A stretch of DNA of 64,000 bases, from positions 96,001 to 160,000 of the forward strand of contig CAVTUQ010000009.1 in assembly GCA_963737905.1 (NCBI GenBank). Reading direction: 5' to 3'. Source of the DNA: an uncultured delta proteobacterium. Lineage in GTDB: Bacteria > Desulfobacterota > Binatia > UBA9968. The number at the start of each line of letters is the position of its first letter. The stretch's first letter is position 1. Made by a program: the position numbers and the translations under genes. The notes below the pieces were generated by a model. It was given only the letters and a program-made list of their open reading frames with translations. It was not told the origin of the DNA and did no database searches. Below, piece after piece: positions 28,910-38,790 of this stretch.

Positions 28910-30001
28910 ATGACCCGGCCCTTTCCAGTCATCGATGCAGATGGTCATGTGATCGAGCGCGATCGCGAGCTGCGGGAGTTTCTTCCAAACCCGACGGGCG
29001 GCGCTCAAGGCAAGCGACGCTACGCGCTCTTTCCCTGGGACGGTTGGGCGCGTGGGGGCGGCCTTTCGCCCCATCGGCGCGAACATCCCGATCCGGCGCG
29101 CTGGATAAGTTTTCTCGATGCCTGCGGCATCACGGCCACCGTACTCTACCCTAGCGATGGCTTGAGCCTCGGTTTGCTGCACGACGCCGACAGGGCCGTA
29201 GCTATCGCCCGCGCCTACAACGATTGGTTGTATCATTATTTTCTCCACGTAAGCTCGCGCTTCCAGGGAGTGGCGCTGTTGCCGGTGCAGGATCCGCTTG
29301 AAGCTGCCAAAGAACTGGAGCGTTGTGTGGAGAACTTGGGCGTGGTCGGCGGCATGCTCGTTGGCGTCATGAATCCCATGCGCGGATACGGCCTGCCGCA
29401 GTTTGATCCGATCTTAGCCATGGCTGAGAAACTTGACGTTGCGCTCGCCGTGCATGCCGGGTCGGCGGCAGAGTTGGGTTTGGACCATATGCAGAGTTTC
29501 GCCGGCGTCTACCCACTGAGCCATCCGTTCGCGCAGATGCAGCAGCTGACGAGCATGATGATCCACGGCGTGTTTGAGCGATTCCCGCGATTGCGGGTCG
29601 CCTTCCTGGAGGCGGGCTGTGGCTGGGTGCCCTATCTGATGCATCGCCTGCAAGAGAGTTGGGAGCATCGACTGGATCGGTGGCCTTACCAAGCGAGCCG
29701 ATCGCCCAGGGAGATCATGCGGAGCGGCAACCTCTTTTATTCCTGCGAGACCGGCGAGGAAACGCTCGCCGCCGTGGCCGATTGGATGGGCAGCACGCAG
29801 TTGCTCTGGCCGTCGGACTTCCCCCATGAGAAGCCATGGGAGGAATTCAGCGGTGATCTCGATGCATTCATAGGACGCAAGGACCTGTCCGAAGCGACGG
29901 CGCGCCAGATTCTATGGGAGAATCCTTGTCGGCTCTACGGTCTGTCTAAGGAAAAACTTTCCGCCGATACGTCATCCGAGCAAAATCAGTCGGCCGCATA
30001 G
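28910..30001 (+). CDS. Amidohydrolase_2 family protein
   Basis: VIDADGHVIE, AYNDWL, ERFPRLRVAFLEAG, WPSDFPHE. Confidence 0.9.
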   Translation: MTRPFPVIDADGHVIERDRELREFLPNPTGGAQGKRRYALFPWDGWARGGGLSPHRREHPDPARWISFLDACGITATVLYPSDGLSLGLLHDADRAVAIARAYNDWLYHYFLHVSSRFQGVALLPVQDPLEAAKELERCVENLGVVGGMLVGVMNPMRGYGLPQFDPILAMAEKLDVALAVHAGSAAELGLDHMQSFAGVYPLSHPFAQMQQLTSMMIHGVFERFPRLRVAFLEAGCGWVPYLMHRLQESWEHRLDRWPYQASRSPREIMRSGNLFYSCETGEETLAAVADWMGSTQLLWPSDFPHEKPWEEFSGDLDAFIGRKDLSEATARQILWENPCRLYGLSKEKLSADTSSEQNQSAA

Positions 30002-30089
30002 ACGATGGCCGCGAGAGTCCAAAGTCCTTTTAATTGTCCAGCGGCAAGTGAAAACGTCAGCAGTGGCGCCGCAAAACGTTGGTGAACGC

Positions 30090-31139
30090 TCAGCGTGTCG
30101 GCGCATAGAGCTGGGCAATGGCTCCGCTCTGATCGAGTTCTCGAACGAAGCGCATATCGATGAATCCCTGAGGGTCGGCGGTCTTGGCGCGAGGATCGCG
30201 CGCGCCGGCGAGATCGAAGATGGTCTGGACGGCGGCGGGCATGATGGAAGGAACCCGGGGAAACTGCTTCACGACGAAAGACTCATAGGCGTCCTCGAGC
30301 GCGTCGCGATCCTGAATATGCAGGTACTTCTTCATAATGGTCAGCGCCGCTTCCCGGTTCGTTTTTGCATAGTGTATAGCTTCGACGATGACACGGACGA
30401 CCCGCCGGACCGTATCCTCGTTAGTCCGCATGTAAGCCCGTCGCGTCACCAGTCCACCTTGCAGGAATGGAATACCCAGTTCGACGCCGTCGGCCACAAC
30501 CCGAAACCCTAAACGCCGGGCCTGTACGGTCTGTGGAGAGTCGAGCACAGTGGCGTCGAATTTTTTCGCCTCCATGGCGGCGAGACGAGTGGACGGACCG
30601 CCGCCCCCGGCTTGAACGATCTGCACGTCTTTTGTCTCATTGATCCCGAGTTTCCGCAGAATCAAGCGAAGCCCCCAGTCTGCGGCGGCACCGAACCGAC
30701 CGATGCCAATGATCTTTCCGCGCAGATCCTCAGGACGGCGGATCTCGGGACGAGTGATGAGCTGGTAAGAGTTCAAATTGCACCAGCCAGCCAGCACGAC
30801 CAGATCCAGGCCGTTCAGGTAGGGCCCGACAGCCAATCCGCCGGACATCGTGGCGAGGGGCGCCTGCCCGGCCGTGAGCGCTTGCACTGCCGGCGTGGAG
30901 TCCACATAAATCAAATCCGCCGTTAGCCCATGCCGCTCGAACAGGCCCGCCTCGCGGGCGAACCAAGTAGCAGAGTTTGTCATCGTGAACTGGCTGTAGA
31001 TGATCTTGAGCCGCTCCTGGCCCATTACCTGTCCAGGCGCGAAAATCGAGATGGCCGCGACTGCAGAGACAACAGCCACGACGACCGTGCTCCGTTTCAG
31101 AGTTTTCATGGCGCGAGCGTTCATTAGTTTTGCTTCCAT
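30090..31139 (-). CDS. SsuA/NMT1-type ABC substrate-binding protein
   Basis: Signal peptide, GLFERHGL, DLRGKIIGIGRFG, FIDMRFVRELDQSG. Confidence 0.85.
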   Translation of the reverse strand: MEAKLMNARAMKTLKRSTVVVAVVSAVAAISIFAPGQVMGQERLKIIYSQFTMTNSATWFAREAGLFERHGLTADLIYVDSTPAVQALTAGQAPLATMSGGLAVGPYLNGLDLVVLAGWCNLNSYQLITRPEIRRPEDLRGKIIGIGRFGAAADWGLRLILRKLGINETKDVQIVQAGGGGPSTRLAAMEAKKFDATVLDSPQTVQARRLGFRVVADGVELGIPFLQGGLVTRRAYMRTNEDTVRRVVRVIVEAIHYAKTNREAALTIMKKYLHIQDRDALEDAYESFVVKQFPRVPSIMPAAVQTIFDLAGARDPRAKTADPQGFIDMRFVRELDQSGAIAQLYAPTR

Positions 31140-31310
31140 AATCGTGCTCCTTAAATCTGCTCTAACGCTATGCGAGTTCAGGCAGCGTGGTCAAGAAAAA
31201 AATCGGCAGAAAAAAATCGGCCGGACGCGATACTTATTTGGGCCTATAACTAAAGACAGTGGCTCTTTGGAAAGGAGTTGAGTCGCGCCTTTACAAATTG
31301 ACTTTCACTG

Positions 31311-33341
31311 TCAGAGGAGGTCCCGCTTGATGCGGCGCAACCAGGTGCGGGTGAAGAATAGCTTATCATCTTCGTATGCCGTCAGTTCAGCCTCCAGTAA
31401 GAAATCCTCGGGGCCCGAAGAGAAGCGAGTGTGCGTCTCGATACGGGGCTTCCAAGCGCCGCGGCGAAACCAGGTCTTTTGAATAATCTCAGCTTGAGCC
31501 ACCTCCGGATCCTCCTCGCCGATGCGAAAATGTTTGAGCATCGTATGGCCAACTTCCAGGTCGATGTCCTTGATCCGAGTTAGCTTTGTGCTGTCCAAGT
31601 CGCCGCGACTGCTGGAGACCGTGTAGAGGGTCTGGTTGGTGGCGCGGTCCCGCTCGATGATTCGCTTGAGGGGGGCAGGCCGAAGCTCGGTCGTTTCTGC
31701 TGCCGCGCATTCGGGCGATTCGAATGGTCTGAGCGTGGCATCTCTCGGGTCCGTCGGTCGCACCGGAACATCGATAAAACTCTCACCGGTGAAAAAGCTC
31801 ATCGTCACGGGCTGCGGCGCCGGCCAAGCGATGGGCCAGTAACTAGTGGAAATGGCCAAGCGCAATTTGTGGCCCGCGGGAAAGACGTGAGCGACATCAT
31901 TCATTGTTACACTCACTAGATAGCGCTCGCCCGGCTTTAGTGGTTCTGGATGATCATGACCGTCGCGATGCGTGAGGTTCAACAGTCCATAGGTTACGCG
32001 GGTGGATGCGCCCCCACGGGCGATGTCGTTCAACCGGACCGCAATAAGCGCTACAGGCTGGTCGGTCGCAATTTCGAGCGTCGCCACCGGGGCACCCAAA
32101 ATTTCAATCCTTTCCCTCAAAGGTTCGGAGTCGAACGTCAACGAACAACCATCGTCACCACGCTGATCCTGCGGTGCTTCTCCGGGCGCGCCAAACCCGC
32201 ACCATTCGCCGGCCCCGAGACCGGTGGTTTGGGGGGAGCGAAAGTCGAGTTGTGCTTTGACGGTCGGGGCGCTAGTCAGTCGGCCCGGATCAAGCCAACG
32301 GCGTTGGAGAGTGATGCGCGGCGAGGGCCATTGAGATTCCGCGACCCAGCGACCGGGGCGATGTTTATAAAAAGGCTTCGGTGGGACACTCTCCTGCATC
32401 CACACGCGCAGCATCGGCTCTGCCATAATGCCAGTATCCGTCTCCTTCAACCAGTGATCCCACCAACGTAGCCCCTCTTGCAGGAATCCGATCGCGGGAC
32501 CGGGGACGCCGTCATGCGGATAGAGATGGGCCCAAGGTCCGATGAGGCCTTTGCGCGGGGCCTTGATCCCGGCCAACAGCCGGGGAATCGCGTTACTGTA
32601 GGCATCGGCCCAACCGCCGACGGCATATACGGGGCAGGTGATGGCACTATAGTCTTCGCACACTGATCCGTGCTGCCAGTAGTCGTCACGCCGGGGATGT
32701 GCGAGCCATACTGCGGGAAAAAATACAGCGTGTTCGAGACGGTGACGCCACATGGCGCGCCACCGCTCTCCGACGAGCTCAGGATCCGGCGGATATGCGT
32801 TGTAGCTCATCAGCACCGAGCCCCAGGTGAGGTTTTCGTTTAAGAGACAACCGCCCATGTAGTGCACGTCGTCAAGATAGCGGTCGTCCGTGGAACAGAC
32901 GGTGATGATCGCCTTGAGCTCCGGCGGCCGACGCGCTGCTACTTGCAACGAGTTGAATCCTCCCCAGGACTTGCCCATCATACCGACCGAGCCGCTGCAC
33001 CACGGTTGTTGCGCGATCCACCGGATTACTTCTAAAGCATCCTCCTGTTCCTGTTTCAAGTATTCATCCAGCAAGACGCCGTCCGAATCGCCTGAACCTC
33101 TCAGGTCGACGCGAATGGCGGCATATCCATGACCGGCGAAGTAGTGGTGCATGGGCTCGTCCCGCGCGCGAGTAAAGTCGCGCTTACGGTACGGGATATA
33201 TTCCAGGATCGCCGGTACTGGGCTCGTCTCCGCGTCGGCTGGCAGCCAGATGCGCGCGGCCAAACGACACCCGTCCGACAGCGGGATCCAGCAGTTTTCG
33301 ATCACGCGGACGGCATGGGGAAACCGATCGACGATCTTCAT
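31311..33341 (-). CDS. CocE/NonD family serine hydrolase (Xaa-Pro dipeptidyl-peptidase S15-like)
   Basis: EYIPYRK, VDLRGSGDSDG, nucleophile GKSWGG, GGWAD, IGPWAH, PepX_C domain. Confidence 0.9.
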   Translation of the reverse strand: MKIVDRFPHAVRVIENCWIPLSDGCRLAARIWLPADAETSPVPAILEYIPYRKRDFTRARDEPMHHYFAGHGYAAIRVDLRGSGDSDGVLLDEYLKQEQEDALEVIRWIAQQPWCSGSVGMMGKSWGGFNSLQVAARRPPELKAIITVCSTDDRYLDDVHYMGGCLLNENLTWGSVLMSYNAYPPDPELVGERWRAMWRHRLEHAVFFPAVWLAHPRRDDYWQHGSVCEDYSAITCPVYAVGGWADAYSNAIPRLLAGIKAPRKGLIGPWAHLYPHDGVPGPAIGFLQEGLRWWDHWLKETDTGIMAEPMLRVWMQESVPPKPFYKHRPGRWVAESQWPSPRITLQRRWLDPGRLTSAPTVKAQLDFRSPQTTGLGAGEWCGFGAPGEAPQDQRGDDGCSLTFDSEPLRERIEILGAPVATLEIATDQPVALIAVRLNDIARGGASTRVTYGLLNLTHRDGHDHPEPLKPGERYLVSVTMNDVAHVFPAGHKLRLAISTSYWPIAWPAPQPVTMSFFTGESFIDVPVRPTDPRDATLRPFESPECAAAETTELRPAPLKRIIERDRATNQTLYTVSSSRGDLDSTKLTRIKDIDLEVGHTMLKHFRIGEEDPEVAQAEIIQKTWFRRGAWKPRIETHTRFSSGPEDFLLEAELTAYEDDKLFFTRTWLRRIKRDLL

Positions 33342-33419
33342 CGATGCTCCATCAGCTCTCTATTATACCTAATTCTCGCTGCTTTAATTCGAGAGTTTTT
33401 CTATGAGGGATTGTGGAAC

Positions 33420-34373
33420 TTAGAGCTCAACGATAGCGTCGAGAAATCGGGCTGCCCCGGCGGGGGGTGGGCTCGACTGGAACATCGAGGCAAGTTGTTC
33501 ACGGATTCGGAATCCCGTTTCGGGATTCCAGCAATTGATGATGGCAAGCCTGAACCCGCCGGGCGGCATCGAATGCATCTCCGGAGGCCTGTCGTCGTGA
33601 AATGTTATTTGAATGCTAGAAATGCCTGGCCAGCTAAGAAATTCTTCCAGCGCTTGATGGTCCGGCTTCGCATAGTGGGGACCGTGTGCTCCGAAGAGCA
33701 CGATGCTGTAGCCCGTTCGGGGGGCATGATCGTAGAAGCGCCAATGGCCGCTCGCATAGAGATCGACGACGGCCTCGATCCAACCCGGGCCATACAGGTC
33801 GGGCCACTGGTCGGCGAATCGCAGGTGGGCTTCGATGATCTTGGCACCAATGGTCTCAAAATTCACGCAGCCTGTGTAGCCTTTCAGGTGCCGGCAGAGC
33901 CAATCGCCGCAGTACCGTTCGATCTCGGGCCGCGCTTCTCGCAGAATTACCCAGTGGTCGAACATGCCTTGATCGAGAGCTTTGCCAACCGTGTGCCGCC
34001 ACCATACCGGCTCGCCGTCGATGACCGCGGCATCGGTGCTCACGTGCTCGCCGGTGAGAAGCGGCATCCACATATGGCCAGGCTGTAGCTCGGCCCTGAA
34101 TTGCTCGGGTGATTCAATGATTTTTCCGCCGCTGCCCATCCCGCGCAGATTGTAGATCGGCTTACTGAAAACCGGAAATCGCGACGGTATGATATCATGC
34201 GGGGCATTATCCAGCCCTTGCGTTTCACAGATGAGCAGCTTGTTGTAGATCCAGCGGTGCTTGGGAAATAGCTGGTAGGCTAGCTCGTCGTCGGTGGGGA
34301 CGACAACTTTGTCGGGACAAGAAACGGCAGTGAAATACTGAGTGCGCCAGGGATCGGATTCCACGATCGGCAT
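33420..34373 (-). CDS. Hypothetical protein with probable ATP-grasp fold
   Basis: YNKL, FPVFSKP, GMGSGG loop, MPLLTGEHVSTD, VNFE...IIEAHLR, in ATP-grasp motif order. Confidence 0.65.
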   Translation of the reverse strand: MPIVESDPWRTQYFTAVSCPDKVVVPTDDELAYQLFPKHRWIYNKLLICETQGLDNAPHDIIPSRFPVFSKPIYNLRGMGSGGKIIESPEQFRAELQPGHMWMPLLTGEHVSTDAAVIDGEPVWWRHTVGKALDQGMFDHWVILREARPEIERYCGDWLCRHLKGYTGCVNFETIGAKIIEAHLRFADQWPDLYGPGWIEAVVDLYASGHWRFYDHAPRTGYSIVLFGAHGPHYAKPDHQALEEFLSWPGISSIQITFHDDRPPEMHSMPPGGFRLAIINCWNPETGFRIREQLASMFQSSPPPAGAARFLDAIVEL

Positions 34374-34773
34374 CGCTACACCAACCGTCGGGAGGGCCCG
34401 GTCACCTGCCGACCACTAATTTCCCCGACGCGTACACGTTGTGCCGGGCGAGAGCCGTCAAAACAGAAATCGAAACGAAAAATCACCTTTGGTATCATAG
34501 ACTTCTGAAATTACATTTTTGTCCCACGTATGAGACCTTTTTGTTTTCCTTTTGGGGCTTGCGAAGAAGCAACACCTACCCGAGTATGCGATAAGACCTC
34601 GAAAGATTGACGGTTTCGATTTTCAGCGCGCTACGCCTTCAGGACGATTGCGCTACCTAATCGTTGTCACACTGCAAAGCGAGGACCAGCAGGGGAGGAT
34701 GGCTCCGAGACCAGGGGATTTCTGTGGAGGGAACATCTTTGCACGATCATGTCTGTCGGTTCGCGTGGGTGCA

Positions 34774-35037
34774 TCACTCTCCTCGCACGAGCCTGTCACA
34801 AATGTCTTTGACTATCCGAATACGATCATCCACTTGTTTTTCGATTTCCGCCCGATGGGTGATCTTTTCTACCGGATCAGAAATGCCCCTCCGGTTGAAT
34901 TCAGCTTCAATCCGGCTTTCGCGCATCCCTTCCAGAGCCATCGCTTCATCACACTCTTTTGGTTTTGGCTCTGCCCCGTGTGACACTGAGAGCCAACCCA
35001 ACAAAACAGCCACGGCGATGAAATAGGGTTTGAACAT
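34774..35037 (-). CDS. Small secreted hypothetical protein (87 aa, two Cys)
   Basis: SD AAGGAGG, signal peptide MFKPYFIAVAVLLGWLSVSHG, charged helical mature part flanked by two Cys. Confidence 0.7.
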   Translation of the reverse strand: MFKPYFIAVAVLLGWLSVSHGAEPKPKECDEAMALEGMRESRIEAEFNRRGISDPVEKITHRAEIEKQVDDRIRIVKDICDRLVRGE

Positions 35038-35066
35038 CCTGACCTCCTTCAACACGGGCAGGGGAG

Positions 35067-35082
35067 AGCAATGCGCGTGCCC
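35067..35082 (-). promoter_or_regulatory. Sigma54 (-24/-12) promoter
   Basis: GGGCAC-GCGCA-TTGCT, about 30 nt upstream of ATG 35037. Confidence 0.7.
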
Positions 35083-35333
35083 GCTGCCACCCGGCGGTCG
35101 ACATGGACGACATTTCACTCTGTGAATTGCCATGTAATGACGTAGATGCAGCAGTTGAACCTCTCGCGTGGGATTGTCTAGGGAAATTAGCTCTGGCGCC
35201 AACTGCCATGGCGCGACAGAATCTGCAACGAATCCAGAAGAACTGCGACAAAATTGCGCGTTAGCATTACACTACGAACTCAAAAGCGCCAACAAGTACG
35301 TCTCCACAGAGTTGCGCGAAGTGGGAATGCGAT

Positions 35334-36317
35334 TCAGAGAGCTGGCAGCACTTCTTTCCCTAGCAAGTCGATTTGCTGATACCAGTCGGGGGAACGCAAA
35401 CGTAGGTCGAAAACTACAAGATCGGCACCCGCGGCGTGATAGGCCCGCGTCTCCCGGACGATATCCTCTGGTGCTCCAGCAAGAATGAGCCCGTGGATGT
35501 CGTCCAGTGTCGAAAAGATTCCGCCGGCAGGTTTGACCCAGGTTGAGTTCTTGTTCGCCTCGTTGATCAAACTCTCGACGTTCACATGCCTCAGCGCTGT
35601 TTCTTTATCTTTGGCGATGCTGGTCAAGGGCATCACTCCCGCCGTGATCATCGGGCGAGCCGCGGTTTGAGAAACCTTTCGGAGATATGCGAGGCGTTTT
35701 GTGAAAGTCGGAAACGTGATTCGCGCAGGCAGCCATCCTTCGCCAAATTCCACCGCGCGCCGGCAGGCAGCTGGCGTTGAGCCCCCACACCAGATCGGAA
35801 TAGGACTCACAGGAGTTGGTTTCAGTTCTACATCTTGGAAGTCATAATAATCGTCCTTGTAAGAGACTCTTTCTCCCGCCCAGAGCCTTCGGCAGAGGTC
35901 CGCGTTGGTTCTGGCCAAGTGTGCCCGCTCTGCCGTCGCGCTCGGCAGCCCCGCAGCCGCGAATTCGTGCGGGAAGCCGCCGACACCCAGGCCCATGATA
36001 ATCCGGCCGTTGGCGATATGGCTTAACCCCGCAAAACACTGCGCGAGATGAATGGGATGTCGATGACAAATCGTCATGGCGGTGCCCATGGTGAGTTTCT
36101 TCGTTACCGCGGCGACAGCGGATAGCACGACCAAACCTTCGATGTGCGTGTTGTCGGTTCCCTCCATATTGTAGGGTTTAAAAACCAGGTGATCTCTTAC
36201 CCACACGGAGTTGAAACCGTATGCTTCGGCCTTGATTGCCCCTTCGAGGCATTTTTCCACTGAAGCGTACTGACCAAAATGCGGCAACACCAATCCAAAC
36301 TTCAAATTCGCTTCCAT
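35334..36317 (-). CDS. LLM-class flavin-dependent oxidoreductase
   Basis: GFNSVWVRDH, AAVTKKL.MGT, RHP..LA, PIPIWCGG..AACRRAV..GEGW. Confidence 0.9.
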   Translation of the reverse strand: MEANLKFGLVLPHFGQYASVEKCLEGAIKAEAYGFNSVWVRDHLVFKPYNMEGTDNTHIEGLVVLSAVAAVTKKLTMGTAMTICHRHPIHLAQCFAGLSHIANGRIIMGLGVGGFPHEFAAAGLPSATAERAHLARTNADLCRRLWAGERVSYKDDYYDFQDVELKPTPVSPIPIWCGGSTPAACRRAVEFGEGWLPARITFPTFTKRLAYLRKVSQTAARPMITAGVMPLTSIAKDKETALRHVNVESLINEANKNSTWVKPAGGIFSTLDDIHGLILAGAPEDIVRETRAYHAAGADLVVFDLRLRSPDWYQQIDLLGKEVLPAL

Positions 36318-36484
36318 CGGTGTAGTGTTTCACGGCTTCCGAAGGATTTGCAAATTCTTCTCCGCACACGGAAAAACTCTCACGGGGGAGAGATGAACCT
36401 CCCTGCTGCACTCTTTTGTCAGTCAAGGACCACGTTTGTCGTTCAACAAGGCTCGGTGTCCATGCAAGAACAAGTACTTAGTCA

Positions 36485-36500
36485 CGGCACATTGCTTGCG
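36485..36500 (+). promoter_or_regulatory. Sigma54 (-24/-12) promoter
   Basis: CGGCAC-ATTGC-TTGCG, about 33 nt upstream of ATG 36534. Confidence 0.6.
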
Positions 36501-36533
36501 TGGGAACGGCCGGCACAGGGAGTTGTTCTTGAT

Positions 36534-37223
36534 ATGAGCCAATCAAAACTAAAACTTGTGTGGGTTAACGGAACGTGGTTGTCTGTTCGAAATAAGACGA
36601 AGAGAAACGCCTCTACCGAAACGGGTAAGCAAGCAAAGCCGCTTGCGAGAGGATGGGCTTGGCTGCGTCTTAACGGTTCTGCGATTTCAGCGCTTATCCT
36701 TTTTATCGGAGTACCCTGGTATTTAGGCAGGTCATACGTTCAGCTGGAAAACGTCGATCAAGCACTCTACGGTGACACCGGGTTGATAAAACGCGTCAAC
36801 GCGTTACACGACGACATAATCTGGATCCGGGGGTTGGCTACCGGTACGTACGGAGAGAAAATAGTTGCGCAGGGTTACAACAAAAATAAGGTGAAAATCT
36901 TTCCGGTGCGCTTTTCAGAGTCGGAGTTGCCTGTCAAATCTTTGTTCCAAACAACGGAATTTGCTTCTGGACAACTTCAATACAATTTGGAGGTTACTCT
37001 TCTACGCGCCACTCGTGAAGAAATAGTTTTGTCTGTCAGCCGCGCATATGGGCGTAATGATTTTAAAAACAATACCGTAAGAGTGCCGCTCACGTTGGGA
37101 GCAGCGCTCGAGCTGACCCAGGAAGTTTACATCCAGGGCATGCCAAGAATTTTCTTGACCGTGTTAGAAGTTCCCACCCAAGAGACGGCTATTGTAGCAA
37201 TCGGACCGAAAGAGTCCACGTGA
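36534..37223 (+). CDS. Hypothetical single-pass membrane protein
   Basis: Long ORF, visibly lower GC; one TM (AISALILFIGVPWYL) and a beta-rich C-terminus; start chosen from SD AGGGAG and the sigma54 motif. Confidence 0.65.
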   Translation: MSQSKLKLVWVNGTWLSVRNKTKRNASTETGKQAKPLARGWAWLRLNGSAISALILFIGVPWYLGRSYVQLENVDQALYGDTGLIKRVNALHDDIIWIRGLATGTYGEKIVAQGYNKNKVKIFPVRFSESELPVKSLFQTTEFASGQLQYNLEVTLLRATREEIVLSVSRAYGRNDFKNNTVRVPLTLGAALELTQEVYIQGMPRIFLTVLEVPTQETAIVAIGPKEST

Positions 37224-37393
37224 TCCCTGAACATCCACTTTATTGGAATACAGCGGTTCTATTCTCGCTGGATACCATTGAACCACGAAAATGAGCATAA
37301 CCACCAAGGCCAATGGCAGCGAAGACGGCGTGCGCCCAGGGGCCACATGTTGATTGACGGTAGGAGATCATGTGGGGTTGCTGCGTGCCACTT

Positions 37394-37516
37394 TTATCGA
37401 AAGTTCTGAATGGGCCTTCTGCGTCTCTTTGTCTTCGCCACGCTCATAAAAACTACTAGCGCGACTACGGGTACAGCCATGGTGATCAACAAAAGAGTTA
37501 TGGCATCAAATAACAT
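37394..37516 (-). CDS. Small membrane protein, 40 aa (not in ORF track)
   Basis: MLFDAITLLLITMAVPVVALVVFMSVAKTKRRRRPIQNFR; SD AAAGGA; sigma54 promoter directly upstream. Confidence 0.6.
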   Translation of the reverse strand: MLFDAITLLLITMAVPVVALVVFMSVAKTKRRRRPIQNFR

Positions 37517-37543
37517 AGGCGATCCTTTCTCGACACCACCTAG

Positions 37544-37559
37544 AGCAACACCGATGCCA
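37544..37559 (-). promoter_or_regulatory. Sigma54 (-24/-12) promoter
   Basis: TGGCAT-CGGTG-TTGCT, about 27 nt upstream of ATG 37516. Confidence 0.7.
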
Positions 37560-37991
37560 GCGAGCGAACGCTAAACAGATCCAGCGGTTAGCCCACATTT
37601 ATAGCGGGGAAAGACGTGTCGAGTCATGGTACGCATGCCAGGATTGGCATTAACAGCAGACACACGAAAGCTTTTGAAAAAACTTAGTAAACCGCGTGGC
37701 AAATCAAATCAAGGCACTCGAGGCGGGGGCGGCGGCCGGGAGAGGCTCAGAGACAATTGAAATAAGGGTCAGCTTTAGGCAGTTTCTTCCCGCTCCCGGC
37801 CAGATCACACCGATGACTGCCGGATCCCTTTCCGGACTTTTGGCGTAACTCGTGCCTGTGGGATGCGAGAGTTTCTCGATATCCAGCTACGGACCCTAGG
37901 AACGACCTGGACCGCCCGGCAGGCTACGGAAGTAGATCACCGATTGTGACTCGAAATGTCGAAGTTTTGCCAGCGGAAGCCCTGATCATGC

Positions 37992-38429
37992 TTACGAGCG
38001 CGCGAGCTCTTCGAACGAAGGCTCAGGCATGCCCGGCTTCCAAGTCGGATCGCGCAGCTCGAGCCGATTGCCAGTCGGATCGAAAAAATAAAGCTCCCGC
38101 CCGGTAAAGAAACCCTTCGCCCGGTAGTAAAGTCGATCGATAGGAATTTTCCTCTCGTAAAAGATCTTACACGCTTGCACTAACGTCTCCGGGGTTACGG
38201 TGAAGGAATGGTGCACGTTATGATCTTCGACAAATGATTTATCCACGGTCTCCGCGCGCTCGCAGAGCAGGATGTTGTGGTCGCCGACGTTGAAGCATGA
38301 CATGCCGGAATCGCCCAAGCGACCCAGCGCCTTGAGGCCGAGCAGATCGCCGTAAAACCCTTCCGACTCCGCGAGATCGTTCACCGGAATTGACCAGTGC
38401 GTGACTCCCTCAATTTTCAGTAATCCCAT
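37992..38429 (-). CDS. VOC/glyoxalase family protein
   Basis: GVTHWSIPVNDL..SEGFY..LLG, HHSF, YFFDPTGNRLEL; SD GGAGG. Confidence 0.85.
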   Translation of the reverse strand: MGLLKIEGVTHWSIPVNDLAESEGFYGDLLGLKALGRLGDSGMSCFNVGDHNILLCERAETVDKSFVEDHNVHHSFTVTPETLVQACKIFYERKIPIDRLYYRAKGFFTGRELYFFDPTGNRLELRDPTWKPGMPEPSFEELARS

Positions 38430-38790
38430 ACACACCTCCATTTGATTAGGAACGCTAGTCTTTTACTCCACGTAAAATAAGCCAGGGCGATCACGCGCGT
38501 CAAGGGGGAACAAACATTTCTGTAGGGAGAGACAAACAGTTTTACTGTGGCGGGGAGGAAAAGGGTCAATTTTGAACCTTCCCATGACACCTTTCGAATG
38601 ACGCCACTACCGCATAGTGACATGGAGATCGGCTGCCGTACCCAGAAAGTCCTGGATACACCCTCCACAATATGAAGGCTGGACATTGACCGCCGAAAAG
38701 GTCTAGGATGCATTCCAGGGCACGGACGGATTCGCTTCTCACCCCATAACTCGACGGTTCATCAAATCTGATCGAGGAGGAGTCAGAAAA

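Noticed and set aside
33129-34088. 319-aa plus-strand ORF
   Set aside because: Antisense shadow of the ATP-grasp-like and CocE genes; no motifs. The same applies to 11043-11867, 39784-40446, 50142-50759 and 56794-57432
34552-34983. Plus-strand 143-aa ORF
   Set aside because: Antisense to the better supported secreted protein; no recognisable motif
36457-36472. TGT-N10-ACA as an enhancer for the sigma54 promoter
   Set aside because: Only about 12 nt from the promoter, too close for a typical activator site, and the motif is short
36279-36533. N-terminal extension of the 314-aa ORF
   Set aside because: Overlaps the divergent LLM gene start and the sigma54 promoter; ATG 36534 fits better
37880-37950. 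Second ABC_sub_bind remnant (SYGP..NDLDR..AT.VD)
   Set aside because: Too short and degenerate to support without a search
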